This document shows, piece after piece, positions 1-12,754 of a stretch of 64,000 bases of DNA. The DNA comes from Squalus acanthias (taxonomy: Eukaryota). A program made the position numbers and the translations under genes. Where the stretch lies: contig CM059431.1 of assembly GCA_030390025.1 (NCBI GenBank), positions 156,490,001 to 156,554,000 on the forward strand, written 5' to 3'. The notes under the pieces are model-generated. The model had not been told where the DNA came from and ran no database searches. It was given only the letters and a program-made list of their open reading frames with translations. How positions within the stretch are numbered: position 1 is the first letter of the stretch; every line of letters starts with the position of its first letter.

Positions 1-2501
1 ACAACTTGTCTGTTTTCACTGGGCCCATCCTCCCCGGTTACACACTGCCTGATCTCACTGGGCCATCATCCACGGGTTACACAATATCTGATCTCACTGG
101 GCCCATCGGCCCCGGGAAAGACAACGCCTGATCTCAATGGAACCATCCACCCCGGGTTACACACCGTCTGATCTCACTAGGCCCATCCTCCCCTTTGTTA
201 TACACTGTTTAGAGTTATTCGCCATTTCCTCACCGGTATAAAGACTGTCTGATCTCACTGGGCACATCTTCCCGCGTCACACACTGTCTGATCTCAATGT
301 GCACATCCTCCGCGGCTTATTCACTGTCTGCTCTCACTGGGCCCATTCTCCCCGGGTTACAAATTGTCTAATCTTACTGGACCCACCCTCTACGGTTTGC
401 TCACTGTCTGATCTCACTGTGCCCATCCTCCCGGGATACACACTGTATTATCTCACAGGGCCTCTCCTCCCCGGGCTACACACTGTCTGCTCTCACTAGA
501 CTTATCCTCTCCGGATTACACAATGTCTGATCTCACTGGGCACATCCTCCCCTTGTTACACACTCTCAGATCTCCCTGGGAACATCCTCCCCGGGTTTCA
601 CTTTGTCTGATTTCACTGTACCCATCATCTCCGAGTTACATACTGTCTGATATCCCTGGACCCATCATCCCAGGGTTACACACTGCCTGATCTCACTCGA
701 TCCATCCTCCCCGGGAGAGACACTGTCTGCTTTCACTGGGCTCATCCTCTCCGGATGATACACGCTCTGATCTCACTGGGCCCATCCTCTCCGGTTTACA
801 CACTGTCTGATCTCCCTGGGTCAATGCTCTCCGGGTTACACAATGTCTGATCTCACTCGACGCATCCTCCCCGCGATACACATTGCCTGATCTCACTGGT
901 CTAATCCTCCCTTTGTTGCCCTTGTCTGTTTTCACTGGGCGAATCCTCCCCCTTTTTATACACTGCCTGTTATCAATGGGCCTTTTCTCCCCGTGTTACA
1001 CACTGTCTGATCTCATTGGGCCCATCCTCCCCGTGTTAAACACCGTCTGCTTTCACTGGGCCCATCATCTACTGGTTAAACACTGTATGATCTCGCTGGA
1101 CACAACATCACCGGGTTACACACTTTCTGATCTCAGTGGGCCCCTCCTCACCGGATTACACACTCTCTACTCTCAATGGATCAATCCTGAACGGGTTACA
1201 CACTGTCTGCTCTCACTGGGCCTATCCTCCCATGATTATAAACTTTATGATTTCATTGGGCCCATCCACCCCGGTTTAGACACTGTCAGATCTCACTGGG
1301 CCCTTCCTCCCCGTGTTGCACTCTGTCAGATCTCACTGGGTCCAAGCTGCCCTCGTTACACAATGTCAGATCTCACTGGACACATCCTACCTTTGTTACA
1401 ACTTGTCTGTTTTCACTGGGCCCATATTGCCCGTGTTACACTCAGCCTGATCCCTCAAGGCCAGCATCCCCGAATTACTCACTGTGTATCGCTCATAATC
1501 CTCATAATCCATCCTCCCGGGAACATACTGTCTGATCTCACTGGGCCCATCCTCCCCGGGTTACACACTGTCTGCTCTTACTGGGCCCATCCTCACCGGG
1601 TTACACATCGCCTGATCTCACTGGAGCCATCCTTCCCGGGTTACTCGCTGTCTGATCTCACTGGACCCATCCTCCACGGTTTATACACCGTCTGCTCTCA
1701 CTGGGCCCATCATCTCCGGATTACACACTGTCTGATCTCACTAGGCCCATCCTCCCCGAGTTACACACTGTCAGATACGACTGGGCCCATCCTCCCCGAG
1801 TGACACACTGTCTGCTTTCACTGGATACATCCTCCAGGAGTTACACATTGTCTGATCCCACAGGGGCCATCCTCCCCGGGTTAAACACTGTCTGCTCTCA
1901 CTGGGCCCATCCTCCCCGGTTTAGCCAGTTATCAGATTTCACTGGGTCCAAACCTGCCCTCGTTACACAATGTCTGGTCTCACTGGACACCTCCTCCCCG
2001 GTTACACACTGCCTGATCTCACTGGGCACATCCTCCCTTTGTTACAACCTGTCGCTTTTCACTGGGCCCATTTCCCCCGTGTTACAGACTGTGTGATCTC
2101 ACTGGACTATCATCCCCGGTTGACACCCTGTCTGATTTCACTGTACCCATACCCCCCCGGTTACAGACTGTCTGATCTCACTGGGCCCATCTTCCCGGGG
2201 TTAAAACTGATTGTTCTCGTTGGGCCCATCCTCCCACGGTTTCACGCTTTACAATCTCACTGGGTCCATCCTCCCCGGGTTACTCACAGTCTGATCTCAC
2301 TGATCCCATCCTCTCCGGGTTACACACTGTCTGATCTCACTGTACCCACCCGCTCCGGTTTATACACTGTCTGATAACACTGAACCCACCTTCTACAGTT
2401 TGCACGCTGTCTTATCACACTGGGCCAAACTGAACGGGTTAAACACTGTCTTATTTCACTGTGCGCATCATCCCCGGATTACACACTGTCTGATCTCACT
2501 G

Positions 2502-2718
2502 GTGAGAAGACGCACAACACCAGGTTATAGTCCAACAGTTTTATTTGAAATCACAAGCTTTCGGAGCTGCTGCTCCTTCGTCAGGTGAAGTCACCTGACT
2601 AAGGAGCAGCAGCTCCGAAAGATTGTGATTTCAAATAAAACTGTTGGACTATAACCTGGTGTTGTGCGACTTCTCACTTTTGACCACCCCAGTCCAACAC
2701 CGGCATCTCCGCATCATG
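2502..2718. mobile_element. Palindromic non-autonomous Penelope-like terminal-repeat (pLTR) mini-element inserted in the minisatellite
   Basis: 87-bp inverted arms 2502-2588 and 2591-2677, then a ~40-nt tail. TSD TGATCTCACTGG at 2491-2502 and 2717-2728. Hammerhead core and AATAAA in the arms; second copy at 42520. Confidence 0.85.
2551..2588 (-). ncRNA. Minimal type I hammerhead ribozyme motif (intact core)
   Basis: Minus strand reads UCAC-CUGACGA-A-GGAGC-AGCA-GCUCC-GAAA-GC-UU-GUGA: stem I UCAC/GUGA, stem II GGAGC/GCUCC, palindromic AGCU in place of stem III. The plus-strand twin (2591-2628) has a CUGACUA core mutation. Confidence 0.8.
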
Positions 2719-5471
2719 ATCTCACTGGGCCCATCCTCCTCGATTTACACACTGGGTGATCTCACTGGATCAATACTCACCGGGATACACACTGTCTGCG
2801 CTCTCTGGTTCCATCCTTCCGGGATTATACACTGTCAGATTTCACTGGGCCCATCCTCCCAGGATTACATAATGTCAGATCTCACTGGGTCCAGACTCCC
2901 CGGTTACACAATGTCTCATCTGACTGGACCCATCCTCCCCGTGCTACAGACTGCCTGATCTCACTGTGTCAATCCTCCCTTTGTTGCAACTTGTCTGTTG
3001 TGACTGGGCCCATCCTCCCCGTTTTACACACTATCTATTTTCACTGAGCCCATACTCCCCATGTTCAAGACCTTCTGATCTCACCGGTACCATCCTCCCC
3101 GGGTTACACACCGTCTGCTCTCACTGGGCCCATCATCTACGGTTTACACAATGTCTGCTGTCATTGGGCCCATCCCCCCCGGATTGCACACTGTCTGCTC
3201 TCACTGGGCCCATCCTCCCCAGGTTACGCAATGTCTGATTTCAATGGATCCAACTTCCCCGGGTTACACACTGTCTTATCTCAATGGACCCATCATCCCC
3301 GGGTTACACACTGTCTGATCTCAATGGACCCATCATCCCCGGGTTAAACACTGTCTAATTTCACTGGGCCTATTCTCCCCGGGTTACACGCTGTCTAGTT
3401 TCACTGGGCCTACCCTCCCCGGGTTACACACTGTCTGATCTCACTGGTTCCATCCTTCACGGGTAACACACACTGTCTGATCTCACTGGGCCTATCCTCC
3501 CCGGGTTACACACTGTCTGTTCTCACTGTAACCATCCTCTACGGGATACACACTATCTGTTCTCACTGGGCCATCACCCGGATTATGCACTGTCAAATCT
3601 TACTGGGTACATCCTCCCCGGGTTACACCCTGCCTGGTCTCACAGGGCCCATCCTCCCTTTGTTGCAACTTGTCTGTTTTGACTGGGCCCATCCTCCCCG
3701 TTTTACACACTATCTATTTTCACTGAGCCCATACTCCCCATGTTACAGACCTTCTGATCTCACTGGGCCCATCCTCTCCGGGTTACACACCGTCTGCTCT
3801 CACTGGGCCCATCATCTGCGGGTTACACAATGTCTGCTGTCACTCGGCCCATCCTCCCCGGGTTACACACTGTCTGCTCTCACTGGGCCCATCCTCCCCA
3901 GGTTACACAATGTCTGATCTCAATGGACCCATCTTCCCCGGGTTAAACACTGTCTTATCTCAATGGACCCATCATCCCCGGGTTACACACTGTGTGATCT
4001 CAATGGACCCATCATCCCCGGGTTAAACACTGTCTAATTTCACTGGGCCTACCCTCCCCGGGTTACACACTGTCTGATCTCACTGGTTCCATCCTCCACG
4101 GGTTACACACTGCGTGAACACACTGGACCAATCCTCAACGGGAATGCACTGTCTGATCTCACTGGGACACTCCTCCCCGGGTTAGGTACTGTCCGCTCTC
4201 ATTGACCCCATCCTCTACGGGATAAACACTGTCTGTTCTCACTGGGCCATCACCCGGATTATGCACTGTCAAATCTTACTGGGTACATCCTCCCCGGGTT
4301 ACACACTGCCTGATCTCACAGGGCCCATCCTCCCTTTGTTACACCTTGTCTCTTTTCACTGGGCCCATCCATCCCGGTTTACACACTCTCTGATCTCACT
4401 GGGCCCATCAACATCGGGATACACACTGTCTGATCTCACTGGGCCAATCTTCCCCGGGTTACACACTGTCTGATCTCACTGGGCCCATCCTCCCCGCGTT
4501 ACACACTGCCTGATCTCACTGGGCCCATACTCCCCGGTTTAAACACTGTCTAATCTCACTCAGTCCATCCTCCCCAGGTTACACACTGTCTGATCACAGT
4601 GTGCCCCTCCTCCCCGGGTTACACACTGACTGTTCTCACAGGACCCATGCTCTACGTGTAACACTTTGTCTGCTCTCAATGGGCCCAACTTCCCCGATGT
4701 ATACACTGTTTAATCTCACTGGTCCCATCCTCCCCGGATTACACACTGTTAGATCTGACTGGGTCCATTCTCCCGGGTTACAGACTGTCTGCTGTCACTG
4801 GACCAATCCACCCAGGGTTACACACTGTCTGATCTCACTGGGCCCATCCTCCCCGGGTTACAGACTCTCTGATCTCACTGGACCCATCCATCCAGGGTTA
4901 CACACTGTCTGATCTGACTGGGCCCATTCTCCCCGGGTTACAGACTGTCTGATCTCACTGGACCCATCCACCCAGGGTTACACATTGTCTGATCTCACTG
5001 GACCCATCCTCTCCGTGTTACACCCTGCCTGATTTCACTGTGCCCATCCTCACTTTGTTACACCTTGTCTGTTTTCAGTGAGCCCAACCTCTAAGGGATA
5101 CACACTCTCTGGTCTCACTTGGCCATCACCCGGATTATGCACTGTCAGATCTCAAGAGGCCTATCCTCATCGGGTTACACTCTGTCTGATCACTTTGGGA
5201 CCAGCTTCCCCGGTTACACACTGCCTTTTCTCACTAGACCCATCCTCCCCTGTTTACACAATGTCTGATTTCACTGGATCAATCACCCCCGTGTTATACT
5301 CTGTCTGATCTCAGCTCCAGGGCTGTCTGTTTAGTTTTGAGATTTCCCTCCCGGCCGCCTGAGACTTCCGCATTGTCACTCATGTAGACAGAAAGGCGCA
5401 ATTTTCTCAGCAAACTGCAGACTTTCCCCCCCCCCCCCACCCCCCAATCTCCTTTCCCGTAGCATGCCTTG

Positions 5472-5746
5472 TATTATGGCCCGGTTCAGTTCATCCCCTG
5501 GTGTTTATATCCCGGACAATCCCGTGTAATATGACCCGTTTCAGTACATTCCCTGAGGTTTATATCCCGGATCATGCACTTTATTATGATCCGGTTCAGT
5601 CCATTCACTGGGGATTTTATCCCGGACCATCCCCTATATTATGGCACAATTCAGTCCATTCTCTGGGGTTTTAATACCGGACCATCCCCTAAATTATGAA
5701 CCGCTCAATCGATTCCCTGGGGTTTATATCCCAGGCCAGCCCCTGT
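5472..5746. repeat. 55-bp tandem repeat, 5 copies
   Basis: Units start at 5472, 5527, 5582, 5637 and 5692 (TATTATGRCCCGGTTCAGTCCATTCCCTGGGGTTTATATCCCGGACCATCCCC-like). Confidence 0.9.
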
Positions 5747-5779
5747 TCCAATTTAAATCCCTCCCTGTGCAATATATGC

Positions 5780-6075
5780 TCTGGGTTAAGCAGCCGCGCT
5801 GTCAGGCCGTGTGCTGAATGGAGCCGAGTTCCCTCAGTCACAGAGCGCGGCCCCTTTAACAAGGGAAACGTTCCTGTTTCTTACCTTCACTCACAAACCG
5901 GCCCGCCCCGCCCGGCACACAGCAAACCCCGCCCACTGAACATCCTCGGATTCAAGGCAGCGTGCAAGAGTGCAAGCATTCTCTGTCAGCACTGCGCCTG
6001 CGTGAGCGATAAAGGCTGCTGTGTCAGCAATGCGCCTGTGAAAGCTCAAGGACGGTCTGCCAACATCGCGCCTAA
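5780..6075 (-). promoter_or_regulatory. CpG-rich promoter / first-exon-like segment with a minus-strand splice donor
   Basis: Local CpG enrichment, GC boxes at ~5901-5913 and 5927-5934, NRF1-like TGCGCCTGCG at 5993, donor GAAG|GTAAG at 5885/5884. Confidence 0.5.
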
Positions 6076-6339
6076 GCCTGAGTTCCTTTTTCACCTCCAT
6101 TTATAAAAGCTCCGATACTGCTTCAGTCTTCCCATACCTAGATTGACAATCGTCTTTTTTCTCAAATGCAATATTCCCCAAGAGTATAAACTGATTTGGT
6201 GCAAGAATGGGACAACATGAATACGCATTGGAGAGGAGATGAGATGTGCACAGAAGATTGTGAGAAACAAACAACATTAGTATAAAGGGTACTTCAGAAA
6301 TAGGTGGGATCTGAGCGGGGAATTGTGAGGCAGACTGAG

Positions 6340-6645
6340 TTGGGTTTAGAGTGGATGTGCGCCAATGCCCGGAGAGTGGTAGATGAGCTGCAGGCTCAAG
6401 TAGTTACATGGGATTTTGATATAGTGCCCATTACGGAGACTTGGCTCAGACAAGGTGATCTGGAACGCACTACCTGAATGACTGGCGTAAGCAGATTCCA
6501 TAGGAACTTTCTAAAGGCAACTGGTCCTATGTTTGAAGATGACTGATTTGCAGCGTTATGGGGATAAAGCTGGGATGTGAGTCTACATTGGACAACTCTT
6601 TCACAGAGCACGACGGGCCGAATGGCTTCCTTCTGCGCTTTCAGA
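6340..6645 (+). mobile_element. Degenerate CR1 fragments (endonuclease start plus 3' tail)
   Basis: ITETWL-like coding remnant at ~6430; GGCCGAATGGCTTCCTTCTG 3' stem-loop tail at ~6617. Confidence 0.6.
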
Positions 6646-6679
6646 TTTTCTAATTTTAAGGATTCTAAGAGTTGACAGT

Positions 6680-9600
6680 AACTCCCCTCGAGAATAAGGC
6701 GACATTCGACTCGGTTTGGCAACAGAAGCCCGAGCATTCTGAGGTCAATGTGGATCAAAGTGAAAACTTCCCGTAGCTGGAAACCATGGATTACTGTGCT
6801 GGTTAGCGATTGTGTTGTACGGTGATAGTTCTCGAATTCTTACATTTTGTTTGTAAGCGTGTGATAAACGAGATATATGTTTCAAGAATATGTCCAACAG
6901 CATAATGTTAGCGTGTGAGATTCCATTTGGAAGGATTTTTTTTTAGTAAGGCTGCCACAAGTAGTGAATCTCTAAAATGAAACCGTAATTTCTTGCCAGA
7001 TCCATTATTAATATCTAAGCTTTTCAATACTATTGAACCAATACCCAAAAAACGCGGTGTGTCAGTTTGCTGCAATAAAACAATATAATGGTGCTCAGTA
7101 TATTCGGGCTCCTTACCTTGTGCTGCGACTCCAGATTCTGATTCCACAGAGTCCGGGTAAGTTTGCGTTGTGTGTTCTGCAGGTTAATGAACACACCCTG
7201 GGTAAAGATCAATTACACATCACCGTCATAAACAAGAACTTCAACCTGATCAGTACAATCCCTCCCCGCCCTGTTCTCTGGTGCAGGACTCGATCTGAAG
7301 TCCACACGATCGCATTCAGTTTGAAATGTTCAGAGAAATGATTGGCCTTTTAACCAAATCATTAATTCTGTGTGTGGTTACAATGATTAAATCCCACCCC
7401 CAGCTCTCCCATCTGTGGTTCTGAAGCCCCCGCAGTGAAACCCTGTCCTGTAGCCGGAATCAGTTTCCTTTCGATTTCATTGCTCACCATAAAACCTGTT
7501 TATTGCCGGACTCTAACGGGCGCAGATAGCAAGGGACAAAGATCGCTGTTAGGTTATTGGGATCAAATATCAGAGGGAAGGGCCCAGTGAGCTCTCTGAG
7601 TTGAAATGTTAATGATTGGAGTTATATTCGCTTTCGATCATTAGCTGTTTCTTTGTCTGGATTCTAACTCTGAACAAATGAACGATATTCGTATCCCGGC
7701 TGGATTCCTCTCGGTATTGAGACTTTGCTGATAATAATGTGACCTGGATCTCCGTGAATTTGTACAAATCCCGACACCGGGCTGGTTAATGGATCTTGTC
7801 CAATGATGCTCATTCATTAGCAACAGTACATTAATTATAAAATTCGGGACATTTTCTCCAGTTAATGATTAACAGTCTCGGCCTTGATCAGCATGTACAC
7901 ACCCATGAATATCCGGCTCCGGGTTTCACTTACTGGAACTGAATCAGCAAATGCGTGCGGCAAACAAGTGAAACGTTTGCTTTACTAGCCTGTTAACTTT
8001 TGTTGGTGGTGCTTTCATTTCACCTTTTCATTTAATGTTTCTTTTAACAGTTTGCCAGCGGATTTAATTTATTGTGGGTCTGAAAAATTCTGATCGTTAA
8101 ATTCATGTACAGATTAGCATTTGTTTTAAAGTAATTATTAAAAGTTCATGCTAGCCTTTGTGATTCCTCCGTATCACATTTCCCTTCCTGTTCCTCTGTG
8201 CTGACGCTCCCAATCTGTTTACGACTTGCCCTGCTTTATGTCTGAAGTCCATTACTTTTACCTGTCTACTTCCACCACCGGTTTTGTACTTGGCCCATGA
8301 TGATTAATTCCCTCCCCCACCGGTTCCATATTTGTTTCATTTCCATCAGCTCTATGTCGGATTGTGTCGTAACTTCCCTTCTCCAGATGCGCTTTCCATC
8401 CCACCTGTTACATGCCTGAATGTCCCCTGCATCTATAAGCGCTTTCTGTTCTACAACCTTCCTCAAACATAAATCACCCAAAAGCTTTTATTCCTTCCCC
8501 AAGCTACTGCAATGCAAGTTCTCCGTTGCCCTTTCTTTCCTCCTGCAGCCATTCGCCCACCAGTTCTTTTTCTGATTCTCCTCTCTTTCCTTTTAACTTG
8601 CCCCATGTCTGATTACCTTCCCTGCTCGCTCCCCATTCTGATGCATGTAATTCACCATCCACCACAAAGTAAACAGCAAAATTATTCTACACAATTCTGC
8701 GACACACTAATTATATGCATAATACAATATTACCTGCATAGCCCAATCATATCCAGATACGAACATGAGAAATGTTAAACTCCATGGTAAATATTCCAAT
8801 TGTTGTATTTTCCCTATGTTGCAGTTGTACTAGATTCGGGCCTCATTCCAAGGTTCAATTAAACCAATTAAATTATTCGCTTCTATTTCCCTATTGAATC
8901 CATAGTTTACATTTAGATTTCTTTAGTGATGGGCGTGTTGTACCTTCCATGCCAGCAAGGCATATATTGTCGTGGAACATAGGAACAAAGTTAGGTCAGT
9001 CAGCATTTCGCCACTTCTTCGCCATTGATTAAGATCATGGCTGATCTGTACCTCAACTCCATTTACCCGGCATTAGATCAAATGCCTTGATATGCTTCCC
9101 TAAAAAAAACAGTATCGATCTCAGTCTTGAAATTCCTATTCTCCCAAAATCCGCAGACTGTTGGGGGAGTGCATTCCAAATTTCCACTGTGTGAAAAAGT
9201 ACTTCCTAAATTGCCCGGCTCTAATTTAAGATCATGTCTCCATGTTCCTGATATTCCATCAGAGGAAACAATTTATCTCTCTCTATCCTATCGAATTAAT
9301 TCAACATTTTAATCACCTCGATCTGATCACTCATCGAGCATGTACAATCAAAAGAATAAAAGCCAGATTTATGCGACCTGTCAATCTGAGAGTTTACCAT
9401 TGACAGCCCACTCTGTCTCTTCATTCCTTAAGCATTTCGAACCCAATTCGATACCCTCTCACTTTTGCCAATTACATTTTGTGTGAAACCTTATCGAATG
9501 GCTTCTGGAAGTTCACATATATAACATCCATAGACACACCTTTGTCTACCTTTTTAGAAATTTCCTCAAACAAAATCAACTGGATTAGGCAGATATGATA

Positions 9601-10220
9601 TATCTTTAATAAGCCGCGCTGGCTTTCTATGATCAGCTTATATTTTCTCCAGTAATCAGTCACTCTATCCTTAATGACAGATTCTTGTAGCTTCCCATAA
9701 CCGCGTTAAACAGACAGGCCTGTAGTTACCTGGTTTCTCCATCTCACCCATCTCAAATAATGGAGTGAAGATAACAATATCCGTGTATGACGGCACAATT
9801 CCCGAATCAAGAGACATTGAAAGATTATAACTAACAATACTGCAATTCCCATAGGTATTTATTTTTGTACCCCGGGTTTCTGTCATCGTGTCCTGGAAAT
9901 GTATCTGGCCTAATACTCTCTAATTCATCCATTGCCATTTTTAATAATATTAATACAGTAAATTCCTTCCCATGATTCATTTTAGTGTCCATTCTATCAT
10001 TGGTGTTTAATCCTCTTCCTCTACTGTGAAAACAGATACAAAGTATTCATCAATAATTCTGCTATGAACAAGTGAGCTCTAATCTTATCACCGGTGTCTG
10101 TCTTTAATGGACCCACATCTCCCTCAACACCTCTATTACACGTAATATAAGTATGCATATTTTAATATATTAGCTTTTATGTTACTTGCCCCTTTTACGT
10201 AGCCCCTTTTTGTAGCTCTT
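6680..10220. repeat. Segmental repeat unit, copy 1 (type A)
   Basis: Colinear landmarks shared with the other copies: GCATTCTGAGGTCAATGTGG, CCTTACCTTGTGCTGCG, CCTGATCAGTACAATCCC, CTGGAACTGAATCAG, a pyrimidine-rich block and an old minus-strand CR1. Confidence 0.85.
7117..7197 (-). other. 81-nt exon candidate (copy 1)
   Basis: Minus strand TTGATCTTTACCCAG|GGTG...CAAG|GTAAGG. Confidence 0.5.
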
Positions 10221-10969
10221 AATGGAGAGACTGTAGAAATGGCCAAAACATGTCAGATGGAAACTAATGTGGCTATGTGTGTGAGATGCACTTTGGCAGG
10301 AACAACAGGGAGAGTCCGCATAATCTAGTTGGAGCTATTTTAAAGGGGGACAAGAGCAGAAGAACTGGGCTACATATCCACACATATTTAATGGTGGCAG
10401 GGCAAGTTGATAATGTGATTAAGAAAGTGCATGTGTATATTGGCTTCGTAAATAGTGGCATTGAATACAAAAACAAGCTAAAGCTTGTTTTAAATATTTA
10501 GTGAATGAACGTTTATGTCTTTAATGACGATAGATTACAGTTTAGTTTTTAATTAATTACCATATCTAGTTAAAGTTCTAGGTAGACGAAATTAAATTAT
10601 TACCTGCAAAATGCAGCACTCCAAGTATTAGAGGCAAAGGGCAGTACCTCCTTCCCCCTCTGCTCCGAATTCCCACTCAATCTAAATTTCCCATGTTTGA
10701 GCAGTCTGTTTAGAAGCATTCTGTTTAAGAACCTCCGTGCTGACCACTCTGCGCATCTGCAAATACTGTTTACTTTTATATCTTTGGAGCCACACACAAG
10801 TTACAAGTGCAGTCTCAGCTTCCTGTCAAAGTAATTTATTTTTTATTCGTTTATGTGATGTCGTCGTCCCTGACAAGGCCGACATTTATTGCCCATCCCT
10901 AATTGGCCTTGAGAATGTGTTGGTGAGCCGCCTTCTTGAACCGCTGCAGTCCTTGAGATGACGGTACCA

Positions 10970-12750
10970 TGGGTTGGGGCCTATTAGAGACAAAGAATGT
11001 GATATATGCTTATGATACAGGGCAAGGCTTGAATACTCAATGAGTATTTTTTGTCGATATTTACTAAGGAGGTGGATGCTGGAAAGATATCAGTAGAAGT
11101 GGAAAAGTTAGATGCAATGGAAGGGGTGAAAATTTATAGAGAGGATGTAATAAAATAGCTGGGTATGCTTAGAGTGGACAAGTCTCCTGATCCAGTGGGT
11201 TGCATCACAGGTTACTAAGGGAATTAGGGGAGGAGACAGCAGAAGGGCATGCCATTATTTTCCAATGTTCCCCAGATGCTGGGGAGGTGCCTGAGGATTG
11301 GAAAGTGGCAAATGTGACACCATTGTTCAAGAAAGGGTGTTAGAACAATGCTACTAAATACAGGCCGGTCAGTTTAACATCAGTGATGGGTAAGGTTTTA
11401 GAAACAATAATCAAGGCAAAACTAACGGGCATTTCGAGAGGTTTAAGCTAATCAAGTGGAGCCAACAGGGGTGTGTAAAAGGAAGCTGGTTTTTGACTAA
11501 TCTAATTGAATTTTGTGATCGAGTAACAACGTGGATTGATGAAGAGAATGCAATGAATGTTGCCTACAAGGATTATCGGAAGGCTTTTAGCAAAGTGCCA
11601 CATAGAATGCTGGTTAACAAAATTGAGTCTCATGGAATAGGTGGGTCAGTGGCAGATTGGATACGGAATTGGCTTAATGATAGAAAACAGCGAGTTGTGG
11701 TAAATGGCTGTTTTTCAGACTGGCGGATGGCAGACAGAGATGTTCTCCAAGGGTCAGGCCTGGTGCTACTGCTTTTTTTGATATATATAAATGACCTGGA
11801 TATTGGAATACAGATTATAATTTCTAAATTTGCCGCTAACACCCAATTTGGGGGTATGGTAAACAGTGATGACGATATCAATCGACTGCAACAGGATATA
11901 GAAAGGCTCGCAAAATTGGCAGTCAACTGGCAGATGGAATTTAATACAAAGAAGTGTGAGGTGATGCATTTTGGCAGAAATAACATGGATAGTCAATATA
12001 CACTTAATGGCACAGGTGAAAGAGTGTGCAATGACAGAGGGACCTGGGAGTTAATGTGCATAGTTCCCTGAAGGTGGCAGTACATATTGAGAGAGTGGTT
12101 AGCAAAGCATATGGGATCTTGGGCTTCATAAATCGAGATATTGAGTACAAAAGTAGAGAAGTTATGCTGAACATTTATAAAGCGCTGCTAATGCGACAAT
12201 TGGAGCATTGTGTCCAGTTCTGTACTTCACACTTTAGGGAGGATGTGAAGGCCCTTGAGAGGTTGCAGAGGAGATTTACCAGCTTGGTTCCGGGCATGGG
12301 TTATCTTAGCTACAAGGACAGGTTGCAGAAGCTGGTTTTGTTTTCATTAGAGCAAAGGTAGTTGAGGGGTGATTTTGATAGAGGTGTACAAGATTATGAC
12401 GGGTTTGGATAGGCTAGACGGGGAAAGGCTGTTCCCACTAGTTGATGGTACAAGGAGTAGGGGATACATGTTTAAGGTTAAGGGCTCGAGATACTGGGGA
12501 AATGTGAGGAAAAACTTGTTTTCACAGCGAGTGGTGATGACCTGGATTTCGCTTTCTACGGAAGTGATGGAATCAGAGACACTCAATGTTTTCAAGGTGA
12601 GACTGGATAGGCACTTGAGGAAAATAACTTGCAGGGCTACGGGGATAGAGTGGGAGAATGGGAATGACTCGATTACTCTGCAGAGATCCGGCAGGGAACC
12701 AATGAGCCGAACGGCCTCCTTCTGTGCCGTTATGACTTCATGACTATGAT
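10970..12750 (+). mobile_element. 5'-truncated CR1 LINE (RT domain and 3' UTR), degenerate
   Basis: ORFs 11493-12743 contain YINDLD, KFAANT (FADD variant), KCEVMHFG and LEHCVQF. Confidence 0.93.
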
Positions 12751-12754
12751 CTCA

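Larger units (their letters stand above)
1..5313. repeat. 40-bp minisatellite array (~125-130 units; consensus GTCTGATCTCACTGGGCCCATCCTCCCCGGGTTACACACT), runs off the left edge
   Basis: 40-nt periodicity directly visible (e.g. units at 4441, 4481, 4521). The ORFs here are translations of the repeat. Confidence 0.97.

Noticed and set aside
299..5308. Cys/His/Pro-rich ORFs up to 306 aa resembling zinc-finger repeats
   Set aside because: They are translations of the 40-bp minisatellite cycling through frames; no C2H2 spacing and mostly non-ATG starts.
1..5313. CRISPR-like array
   Set aside because: Contiguous tandem units with no unique spacers, no cas genes, vertebrate context.
7033..7341. 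Plus-strand ORF family PYLVLR..QVNEHTLGKDQL in copies 1, 3 and 4
   Set aside because: TTG starts, an upstream frameshift in copy 4, a stop in copy 2 and mostly non-synonymous differences; the similarity simply reflects the DNA duplication.
7460..7482. ISRE/IRF-like site (GAAATCGAAAGGAAACTG on minus)
   Set aside because: Present only in copy 1 and not conserved in the paralogous units.
10604..10822. Possible additional minus-strand exon (TTTGACAG ... GCAG|GTAAT)
   Set aside because: Single copy, weak polypyrimidine tract and stops in all frames; cannot be supported without RNA data.
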